NCBI GenBank assembly: GCA_004431415.1 | Contig: QPMI01000505.1 | Location: 1-30,994, forward strand | Length of the DNA stretch: 30,994 bases | Direction of reading: 5' to 3' | DNA from: Cyanophora paradoxa CCMP329 | Taxonomy: Eukaryota > Plantae > Glaucophyta | The notes under the pieces: model-generated | What the model saw: only the letters and a program-made list of their open reading frames with translations | What the model was told of the DNA's origin: nothing | The model's database searches: none | Position numbers and translations under genes: made by a program | Shown: positions 11,329 to 21,200 of the stretch, in pieces | How the letters are laid out: every line of letters begins with the position of its first letter | Position numbering within the stretch: position 1 is the stretch's first letter

Positions 11329-12424
11329 CTGAAATGGAGCCGGCTGGCTGGTGGATGCCTCAGAGCCAGCGTCCCGCTCGTCTTTGTACCTAGGCCTATC
11401 ACCGTGGCCCCACGCGTCTTCGTATCCTGCGCACGCACTCAGCGACACCAAGACACGTTGAGGAGCAGATGCTCATTCGATCAGCAGCGCGCCGGTCGGA
11501 GACAGCTGTCTCGGATACTCGCCGGATCCGGACGCACCTGCAGAGCTCATCGGAACGAAGTCACCGAGTTCTGGAGGAGCTCCGGTCGATCATTATCGAG
11601 AACTGAGCTCGAGCACGCTCGCCTCCACTCGGCCGGCGCGCCTGCGGGTCCGACAGTCCCGAGACTGGACCCAAGTCCCAACCCGCTGCTCCGCCAGAAT
11701 ATGCCGTACCCCAGAATCGAATTTCGTTTTTACGCTTTTTATCAAGTGTTGTTGTAATTTGTTGCTTTTAGCTTCGTCTGGGTACAAATTTTGTGCTGGG
11801 GCTGCGACCGCGAGAGAGCGCTAGCTATACTGTTCAGTAGCTAGATCTAGATCCGATGATCTAGCCTAGTAGAATCTACTAGGCTATATCTAGAGGCTGG
11901 GCCGCGATGTCCCTGGCGGCAGTAGCAGCGCCGCGGCGGCTATCATAGTATATATATAGCTAGCCGCGGATGCATGTGTGCATTGTGCATATATTTGCAA
12001 GCGCACATATATCATGATATGCGATTTGCATGATTTCAAGTTAAATGACGCCGGCGCACGCGCGCGCGCGCGCAGCCGGCGCCGGCGCCCGGTCGCGGCC
12101 GCGGTGCCCGCAGCTGCATGCAGCTAGAGCGCTATTTAAATTTTTATAGCAAAAAATTGATCATGATATTCCAAGTTTTAGCTTGTCGTAGACTCGTAAC
12201 GACGTACGTACGCGTAGTCTCGATCTCGCAGATCGTATATCTCGAAACTTGCCAAGTTGGGGCGAAAGTACTTGTAAAAAAACTAAATTTCAATAGGGGT
12301 TAACGTTAACGTTGTACATGCATGTGCCAGTGGTGTAAGGTAAAATTCATGATCAGGTTAACGTAAGTACTAACGTACGTGCCTCTCCGGATCCCGATGA
12401 TGGACCGGATCCTAGGTTTAACTG

Positions 12425-12743
12425 CCGTAGAACACAATATTAAGGTCTGTACAGACTGTACTTTATTATGTCGTCCCGAAATTATGTCGCCTCGGACCGA
12501 GTCGATCGGACGTACGGGACAAAACGACATAATTTGCATATTGGGGACGTCATAATTCGGGCTCGCTCAGCCACCCCATCCAGTACCCCCCAATTTTACC
12601 GCCCCACACAAGCCTGAAAATTTCATGCCGACCGGACATGCAGAAGTTCGGGGACGTCATATTTCGCATATGCATAGAGAAGGCTCGGGTTTTAAAACGA
12701 CATAAATTTGCATGACATATATAATATTAATTGTGCTCTACGG
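12425..12743. mobile_element. MITE-like non-autonomous element, Tc1/mariner-pogo (Tc2-like CCGTA ends), degenerate
   Basis: Left end CCGTAGAACACAAT and right end ATTGTGCTCTACGG form a 13/14 inverted match. TA follows the right end and TG precedes the left. Internal ATTATGTCGT motifs (12466, 12481) are mirrored by ACGACATAA/GACGTCATA motifs (~12524, 12546, 12653, 12697). No ORF. Confidence 0.6.
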
Positions 12744-13265
12744 TACTATATATAAAATAGTCTGGTGACTCTGGTCTGGTATACGTGCTGATCATGCATG
12801 AGTAACAGTAAGTATGCAGGTTGAGCTCTGCATCCGCAATCCTATCCTAGTATATATATACATACATATCATTATTTACTACATTTCATCAACAATTCGT
12901 AGTATTCGTAGTATACGTATTTCGAATTCGGCTTCGAATTCGTAGTATTTCGTACCGAATCGTACGCGTCTGCCGGCGCGCTTATGATTCACATCCAAGT
13001 TCCAACACTAGTACTGCCACTAGTACTGGCCCTACTGGGCCCTGGCGCCGGCTGGCGGATGAAAAGCGGTGCCCATTAGCCAGATCAGCAACTAATCCGC
13101 GCCCGGAGGCCCGACTCGCGGCCCCGGACTCCCGGAGTCGCGGGCCGTCGCGGGCCTCGCGGCCCGACTCCCGAGCCGTTCGAGCCTTCGAGGTTCTGGA
13201 ATTATTAAGAACGTCAATTTCCGAATTTCGTCCTCAAACTTTTACTAGTCTTTTAGGCTCAAACT

Positions 13266-13295
13266 TAGAGCCTTCTCATCGCTTCGGCGACCGCC
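13266..13295 (+). repeat. Left inverted repeat of the unit
   Basis: TAGAGCCTTCTCAT (13266-13279) is the exact reverse complement of 18102-18115, and the match extends imperfectly to ~29 bp. Confidence 0.8.
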
Positions 13296-13930
13296 AGGCC
13301 CTGGTACCGAGTACTCCGGGGCAATCGCTAGCGCGAACCGTCGGACGACGGACGCGGCGCCGGCGATCGCTTAAAAAAGGCCCCGGCCCGATCCGAGCCC
13401 ATGGCCGGCGGGCATAGTGAACATAGTGCCAAAATGTCGCCCCGAAATCACGGTTTTTAGAAGGATCGGAAGAAAGCGCGCCCAAGCAGGACCGAGGGGC
13501 GGTTCCGGCACGTACCTACTGACTCAGAGCTGCTTGCGCTGGGCCCGCCGGCCGACGCCATGAGACCCGGTTGAGAGCTCGAATCCCTGCGCGCCGCCTT
13601 ACAGCGGCCGAGGATGGGCGAAGGCTGCAGAATTCGATGATGTGCACCTCGGACAAGCGAAAGCGCGTAGCTAGCGCGCCGCCGGCGCCGCGGGTGAGCC
13701 GATGAAGCCAGCGATGTGTACTCCTCGCGTGCGCGGGCGCGGCGACGTCGCCTGCCGGGCGGGCGTGGCGCCGCGGGCTGAGCACGGCGCGCGCACGGCA
13801 GTGCACATGCGCATCGGGCGGTGTTGACGTTCGCGCGCTGCAGCTGCATGCATGGCGCCGGCCGGGCGCGCGGAAGTTGGTTTTTTTTGCTATTCGTCCC
13901 CCTGCGCTTCTCCCCCCCTTCATTCCCCCG

Positions 13931-13954
13931 AAGTTAGCCACCGGTGGCTAACTT
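13931..13954. other. Perfect 24-bp palindrome AAGTTAGCCACCGGTGGCTAACTT (also at 18936, 23943, 28943)
   Basis: Equals its own reverse complement. It lies ~90 bp downstream of the orphan gene stop and is unchanged in all four copies. Confidence 0.9.
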
Positions 13955-14044
13955 GCGATCGAAGGGTACAGGGATCACCCTCCTGAAATTGATCTCTTAC
14001 AAAACCAACGCTGTCGTAGAACCCTACACTATCTGCAAGCGGAA

Positions 14045-17000
14045 TCAGGCAATCTGCAGTCCTACGAAAGCCTTGCACCGCTGCAGGAGCCCTTTTGCCT
14101 GCTCTTCGTTCGCGAAGATGTCAGGATGCCCGCGCGGGGCGCGCGGAACCACTCTGTGGAGGCGGCCACAAATGGTGCGCATGCTGTGGGATCGCGCAGG
14201 TGGTGGCCACTGCACACCACCCGGCCCAGCGCGGGAAAACAGGACCTCCAGGACGCGGTCGACCCGGCACTTCGCTTTGAAAGTAGACCCAGCGGTCGTG
14301 CGCGCGTTCATCTGGTATGCTGGATCAGAGAGCTCGACGATCGCATGCACCACCCTGCAACCAGTGTCATGATCGGCACGCTGCGCAACGACACCGTTAC
14401 AGATAGAAAAAGGAAAGGAAAGGAAGAGAAAGTAAGAAAGAGAAGGGGGAAGAAAGACAGAATGAAAGAAAAGAAAGGAAAGGACGCACGGCCAGTGGTC
14501 CCACTCCAGGTTCTTGAAGCTCTTCAGGATGTGCATGATCGCCTCCGGCGTAACGTTCACGTCGTCGAGCCGTCGGACTTCGCATGCGACGGTGCATGCA
14601 CCTAGGCCTTGCCGGGCCGTGCACGCCAGGTCTCCGTCGTTGGGTGGGAGTCGGGCAAGAACCTCCACGTATGCGCGCACTGCAGGGCTCGAGGCTCTCG
14701 CCCCGCGCACCGCAGTTGCGATTTCCGCAACGCTGTCGCGCACTGAACGATAGCCGTTCTCCTCCCGCGTCATTGCGGGAAACATGTGCAGCTTCGCCTT
14801 CAGGGTGGTGCTCATCTGGTTAAGGAAGCGGTTCTCGGTGTTCGCGACTCTGCGACGAGAAATCAGAAAAGACCGCTGACAGAGGACATGACGGGCGGGG
14901 GTACACATACCGTCTGTAGAGCAAGGAGAGGAGGGGTATTGGAATGGGGCGCTCGGCTGTTCCCATCCACACGGCCTTGTTCCGTCGCGTGTACGGTGGG
15001 CGGACGTACAGCTCGACCTCTTGCTCCACCTCCTCCATAATCCCCTGCGCATTTGGCTGCGAATTGCGTGAGCCGCCGCGACGACGATGGCGCCAGGAAC
15101 GTGCTCACCTCCTGTACTTTGTCGACCCTCACCTTGAACGCGGTCGCCCCAGTTCGTCCACCTCCGGATACTCCTCTCCGGAGCTGTGGGATCGGTCCCC
15201 GCGGTTCAAGAGGCGGTGATTGGGGACGTCCGACTTTGCACCGATCTGCTCCAGCGCCGCTGTGACTTGCTTCAGCGCTGGCATGCTGTTGTGTGATACA
15301 CGGCCTGTCCCGTACTTCTCCTGCGTCGAAGTTCAGTTCATGTACGTACCCCCCCACGCTCCCTTACCCCCGGGCGCACCACTATCTCGGGCTTGGAGCG
15401 TATCCTTGTGAAGGCCTCGTTCTCCGGGTCCTCGCGATAGACAGCCGCCGGATTCGCGAGCGCCTCGTGGCACGCCTGCCAAGAGACCGAAAGGCAGGCA
15501 CGGTTCGGTTGTGGGTTAATCGCTAGGGGTATCGAAGATTCTGTACCTTCAGCGGCCTCGGTGCTGGGTGGGGGCTGCTCCGGGGTCCTCCCCGGCATCC
15601 CGCCTTGCCTCCCACTGAGCTCGGGCCCTCCTTGCATCTCCGTGTTCATCCTCGTCGATTGCCAGTGCGAGATCGACGAGGCCTTGAAGATGAGCTGGTT
15701 GATGGTTGTTGCCCACCGTCGGAATCGAGCGATGCGGACAAGGCTTGAGAAGAAGATGCCAATGGAGATGCTGCTCGCTGGCCCGGCAAGCAGGCGCAGG
15801 ACCTCCATCCCACTCGTGCGGATGCGCTGCAAAGCCTTTTCGTCGATTGGTCTGCCGGCGCCGCTGTTGACGTTCTTGTTTCCTGTTCCCGACTGGCACT
15901 TCTCCACCAGCCTCTTGACTTCTTCGAACTCCGAGAGACCCGCCCGCGCCTTTCTCTTACGCCCCTTCTCTCTTGGCATCTCTTGCGCCAACATGTCCTC
16001 CACAGCCGCTGCCGTAAGCTCGATACATGCATGCAACCTGTGACAGGAAGATCAGATCAGAAACGATGGCGTACCCCCCCCCCCCCCCGCCCCCCCCGCG
16101 CACCAAAGTTGGAGTGACTCGCCTTCGCTTGTCTGCTGTTGCGCTGACTGAAGTAAGCGGATCAGACTTCGGAGCTGCTCCTTTGCTTCTTCTGTTGTGC
16201 CTAGATTTAAAGCTTGCTGGCTGAGCCCGAGAGTTGCCTGCATGCGTGGCAGATTGACTTGGGCCTGACCATTCTTAACCTGAGCGTGAAGTTGAGCTCG
16301 ACGAAGTACAAGATTTAGATGAAGAATGTCACCTCCAGGAATGCATCAGCAAGAGACTGAGCTCGAGCTGGCTCGCGCTCCATATCTGCCTCTGCAGGTC
16401 GCCAGGCAAGAAGTTGTGTGAGCACCGCTGCAGCTGACCGGATATCGCCATCGACAGGAGCTGCAATGCAGTTAGACCACAACGAAGCGCCACTTAGCAG
16501 TCATTCAAATGCAACTCACAGTAGAAATCAAGCGACTCGCCGCCTGACTGACCAAAGAAGTACAGCTCGATCCATTGGGAGAGGTACAGCTTCGATTGTA
16601 CAGCATACGAGCGGCTATCTGCACGAGGCGCTGCGGGTTCCTGGAACTCCAGAGCCAAGATTACCTGCACACAAAGACACAATCAGCAGATGCAGCAAGC
16701 AGCAAGCATGTCAAACTTGCCAGGTCTATTTCACGCAATCTCCTCTCACGGGCGTAGATCTTGTTCTTGTAGAACCACTTGGCTCGCTCCTTTAGCCAAT
16801 CGTGATGCTTGTCTCGCATTTCCTTGTCCACTTCGAATTGCCCGTGCTCGCCTACAGAACCAAGGCCAAGAAATGCGCACTGCATCGGCATTCAGTACAT
16901 TCACACGATGGAAGAACAATAGAAGCTCACATCAATGTCAATGAGTTCCTCGTAATGCGAAGAACTCTTTGTCTCGTCACCGTTGCCGTCGTTTACATTG

Positions 17001-17935
17001 CGTGCAGCCTCTTGCTGGCGTGTCGACTCGAGCGCCACCTAAGATCATATTCAGAACAGAATCGCAAGATAAGTTGCAGTAAGAACTGCACCGAGCTCAA
17101 GAATTGCTTCAGAGCATTGAGCTCGTCCAGGGTCCGGTCCCGGGCCGGTTCGCCGCGAAACCGCACTCGGCAAGACCTAGCCTGAGCTTGAGCCGCCTGT
17201 GCTGTTATCTACACGAGCATGAGCTGACATCATAGGTACTCTGACAAATCCGTGCACCAGATCGAGCCAATCAACACAACTTTGAAATATGTCGCCTCGC
17301 TGTTCTCCATTCGTTTCCACGAACAAGTCCCGCAGCGCTTGCAAGGCTTGAGGTGGGGGCAAGTTGATGAGAACGCCCTCTACGTAGTGCAGCATGGGGT
17401 CCAAAGCTGCACAACATATGAGAGATGCAGCAGTTAGGCCTCCGGGCTCGTGCACCAACATCGTGGCGGCGGTGTACACTGGGTCCGGGGCCGGGGGAGG
17501 GGCAGGGCCGGGGGAGGGGCAGGGCCGGGGGAGGGGCAGGGCCGGGGAGGGGCGGGGTCGGGGGAGATGGAGGGCGGGGCCCGGGGATGGGCGGGGTCGG
17601 GGGAGGGGCGGGGCCGGGGGAGGGGCGGGTCGGGGGAGATGGAGGGGCGGGGCCCGGGGATGGGCGGGGTCGGGGGAGGGGCGGGGCCGGGGGGAGGGGC
17701 GGGCAGTACCCCTCTCCCCGCGTCGCACCGGCCCCGCCGCGCCGGTCAGCGTGGGGACAAGCTCAAGGCTGGAGCGAGCGCCGCCGCTTGCCGTGCTGCC
17801 CCGAGGCCGCCCCCGAGGCCACCACCCGCCGTGCGGCCCGCCAGAAGGGGATTGGGAGATGAGCTGGAGGTCCACTCCATCTCTTCCTCCCCAAAGAGAG
17901 TGCTCCTGGGGTCGACATGCTGCGGAGTCGGGCAT
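14045..17935 (-). CDS. Multi-exon (~13-15 exons) hypothetical protein of roughly 1000 aa, copy 1; start uncertain
   Basis: Short introns, e.g. 17209-17257, 17039-17091, 16880-16930 and 16665-16720 (GC-AG), join the ORF fragments in frame: ...SCVDWLDL|ITAQAAQAQARSCRVRF...LKQFLSS|VALESTRQQ...ELIDID|CAFLGLG...RLREIDL|VILALEFQ...; NLS-like EKGRKRKAR; ...NLEWDHWP|VPIMTLVAG...; ends KAFVGLQIA. Remaining frameshifts fall in homopolymers and differ between copies. Confidence 0.7.
17487..17703 (+). repeat. G-rich minisatellite (GGGGGAGGGGCRGGGYC-type; also ~22496-22713 and ~27497-27721)
   Basis: Tandem G-run units of ~17 bp with higher-order duplication. It reads as a Pro-rich tract on the gene strand and has G-quadruplex potential. 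Confidence 0.85.
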
Positions 17936-18086
17936 AAGACACCGAAAAGCAGCGATCGCTTGGCCAATGAGAAGGCGGTGGACGTCAAGCCCGCGGCGAC
18001 CGTTAGAACTGAGAACCCAGAAGCGATCGCCGGCCCAGCAGCTCTTTGTTAGAGGTCGGACTCGCTGGGTATGGCGCCGAACACAA

Positions 18087-18115
18087 AGCGATCGCCGAGC
18101 AATGAGAAGGCTCTA
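18087..18115 (-). repeat. Right (subterminal) inverted repeat of the unit
   Basis: AGCGATCGCCGAGCAATGAGAAGGCTCTA lies 151 bp inside the unit end. A partial direct copy is at 17951-17976. Confidence 0.8.
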
Positions 18116-18266
18116 TGCGCGGGGCAGATCTAGCGATCCAATTGAATAGGGAATCTCTATGCGAGCAAGCTCGCAGCGCTACGGGAGGCGGGCACGCACT
18201 GCAGGCGTTGGCGTTGGCTGGTGCGACGAACTTGAAGCAGCTCCTGTGCAAGCGATCGCCGGTCAG

Positions 18267-21200
18267 AGAGCCTTCTCATCGCTTCGGCGACCGCCAGGCC
18301 CTGGTACCGAGTACTCCGGGGCAATCGCTAGCGCGAACCGTCGGACGACGGACGCGGCGCCGGCGATCGCTTAAAAAAGGCCCCGGCCCGATCCGAGCCC
18401 ATGGCCGGCGGGCATAGTGAACATAGTGCCAAAATGTCGCCCCGAAATCACGGTTTTTAGAAGGATCGGAAGAAAGCGCGCCCAAGCAGGACCGAGGGGC
18501 GGTTCCGGCACGTACCTACTGACTCAGAGCTGCTTGCGCTGGGCCCGCCGGCCGACGCCATGAGACCCGGTTGAGAGCTCGAATCCCTGCGCGCCGCCTT
18601 ACAGCGGCCGAGGATGGGGCGAAGGCTGCAGAATTCGATGATGTGCACCTCGGACAAGCGAAAGCGCGTAGCTAGCGCGCCGCCGGCGCCGCGGGTGAGC
18701 CGATGAAGCCAGCGATGTGTACTCCTCGCGTGCGCGGGCGCGGCGACGTCGCCTGCCGGGCGGGCGTGGCGCCGCGGGGCTGAGCACGGCGCGCGCACGG
18801 CAGTGCACATGCGCATCGGGCGGTGTTGACGTTCGCGCGCTGCAGCTGCATGCATGGCGCCGGCCGGGCGCGCGGAAGTTGGTTTTTTTTGCTATTCGTC
18901 CCCCCTGCGCTTCTCCCCCCCCTTCATTCCCCCCGAAGTTAGCCACCGGTGGCTAACTTGCGATCGAAGGGTACAGGGATCACCCTCCTGAAATTGATCT
19001 CTTACAAAACCAACGCTGTCGTAGAACCCTACACTATCTGCAAGCGGAATCAGGCAATCTGCAGTCCTACGAAAGCCTTGCACCGCTGCAGGAGCCCTTT
19101 TGCCTGCTCTTCGTTCGCGAAGATGTCAGGATGCCCCGCGCGGGCGCGCGGAACCACTCTGTGGAGGCGGCCACAAATGGTGCGCATGCTGTGGGATCGC
19201 GCAGGTGGTGGCCACTACACACCACCCGGCCCAGCGCGGGGAAAACAGGACCTCCAGGACGCGGTCGACCCGGCACTTCGCTTTGAAAGTAGACCCAGCG
19301 GTCGTGCGCGCGTTCATCTGGTATGCTGGATCAGAGAGCTCGACGATCGCATGCACCACCCCTGCAACCAGTGTCATGATCGGCACGCTGCGCAACGACA
19401 CCGTTACAGATAGAAAAAGGAAAGGAAAGGAAGAGAAAGTAAGAAAGAGAAGGGGGAAGAAAGACAGAATGAAAGAAAAGAAAGGAAAGGACGCACGGCC
19501 AGTGGTCCCACTCCAGGTTCTTGAAGCTCTTCAGGATGTGCATGATCGCCTCCGGCGTAACGTTCACGTCGTCGAGCCGTCGGACTTCGCATGCGACGGT
19601 GCATGCACCTAGGCCTTGCCGGGCCGTGCACGCCAGGTCTCCGTCGTTGGGTGGGAGTCGGGCAAGAACCTCCACGTATGCGCGCACTGCAGGGCTCGAG
19701 GCTCTCGCCCCGCGCACCGCAGTTGCGATTTCCGCAACGCTGTCGCGCACTGAACGATAGCCGTTCTCCTCCCGCGTCATTGCGGGAAACATGTGCAGCT
19801 TCGCCTTCAGGGTGGTGCTCATCTGGTTAAGGAAGCGGTTCTCGGTGTTCGCGACTCTGCGACGAGAAATCAGAAAAGACCGCTGACAGAGGACATGACG
19901 GGCGGGGTACACATACCGTCTGTAGAGCAAGGAGAGGAGGGGTATTGGAATGGGGCGCTCGGCTGTTCCCATCCACACGGCCTTGTTCCGTCGCGTGTAC
20001 GGTGGGCGGACGTACAGCTCGACCTCTTGCTCCACCTCCTCCATAATCCCCTGCGCATTTGGCTGCGAATTGCGTGAGCCGCCGCGACGACGATGGCGCC
20101 AGGAACGTGCTCACCTCCTGTACTTTGTCGACCCTCACCTTGAACGCGGTCGCCCCAGTTCGTCCACCTCCGGATACTCCTCTCCGGAGCTGTGGGATCG
20201 GTCCCCGCGGTTCAAGAGGCGGTGATTGGGGACGTCCGACTTTGCACCGATCTGCTCCAGCGCCGCTGTGACTTGCTTCAGCGCTGGCATGCTGTTGTGT
20301 GATACACGGCCTGTCCCGTACTTCTCCTGCGTCGAAGTTCAGTTCATGTACGTACCCCCCCCACGCTCCCTTACCCCCCGGGCGCACCACTATCTCGGGC
20401 TTGGAGCGTATCCTTGTGAAGGCCTCGTTCTCCGGGTCCTCGCGATAGACAGCCGCCGGATTCGCGAGCGCCTCGTGGCACGCCTGCCAAGAGACCGAAA
20501 GGCAGGCACGGTTCGGTTGTGGGTTAATCGCTAGGGGGTATCGAAGATTCTGTACCTTCAGCGGCCTCGGTGCTGGTGGGGGGCTGCTCCGGGGTCCTCC
20601 CGGCATCCCGCCTTGCCTCCCACTGAGCTCGGGCCCTCCTTGCATCTCCGTGTTCATCCTCGTCGATTGCCAGTGCGAGATCGACGAGGCCCTTGAAGAT
20701 GAGCTGGTTGATGGTTGTTGCCCACCGTCGGAATCGAGCGATGCGGACAAGGCTTGAGAAGAAGATGCCAATGGAGATGCTGCTCGCTGGCCCGGCAAGC
20801 AGGCGCAGGACCTCCATCCCACTCGTGCGGATGCGCTGCAAAGCCTTTTCGTCGATTGGTCTGCCGGCGCCGCTGTTGACGTTCTTGTTTCCTGTTCCCG
20901 ACTGGCACTTCTCCACCAGCCTCTTGACTTCTTCGAACTCCGAGAGACCCGCCCGCGCCTTTCTCTTACGCCCCTTCTCTCTTGGCATCTCTTGCGCCAA
21001 CATGTCCTCCACAGCCGCTGCCGTAAGCTCGATACATGCATGCAACCTGTGACAGGAAGATCAGATCAGAAACGATGGCGTACCCCCCCCCCCCCCCCGC
21101 CGCCCCCGCGCACCAAAGTTGGAGTGACTCGCCTTCGCTTGTCTGCTGTTGCGCTGACTGAAGTAAGCGGATCAGACTTCGGAGCTGCTCCTTTGCTTCT

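Larger units (their letters stand above)
13267..18266 (-). mobile_element. Unit 1: putative unclassified DNA element with asymmetric inverted repeats and one orphan gene
   Basis: The sharp host boundary coincides with the left IR. GC content and intron style differ from host genes, and repeated motifs sit at the termini. No transposase motif recognised. Confidence 0.5.

Noticed and set aside
185-11757. Numerous long Arg/Gly/Pro/Ala-rich ORFs in the six-frame track
   Set aside because: Artefacts of very high GC and antisense or intron read-through; the real genes emerge only after splicing.
14100-14230. HSMR (tyrosine-recombinase HxxR-like) or HAH (HUH-like) motifs near the orphan C-terminus
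   Set aside because: They fall in alternative frames of an error-prone region, and neither is followed by a suitably placed catalytic tyrosine.
14401-14482. Apparent hydrophobic FLFFHSVFL segment or Lys-rich ORF
   Set aside because: It is a (CTTT)n-like pyrimidine tract inside a predicted intron of the orphan gene.
13266-18115. Classical hAT transposon (TAGAG...CTCTA ends)
   Set aside because: No matching 8-bp TSD (CTCAAACT versus TGCGCGGG), internal copies start GAGAG, 151 bp lie beyond the right IR, and no BED/DDE transposase motifs were seen. Not fully excluded.
13267-18266. Unit as an rDNA/5S/snRNA/SL-RNA or histone repeat
   Set aside because: No recognisable conserved RNA-gene or histone sequence by eye. 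An Infernal/Rfam scan would settle it.
17951-18372. GCGATCGC is the cyanobacterial HIP1 octamer, and the repeats might also suggest a CRISPR-like array
   Set aside because: The motif is confined to the unit junction rather than dispersed, the unit has spliceosomal introns, spacing is irregular, orientation flips, and there are no cas genes.
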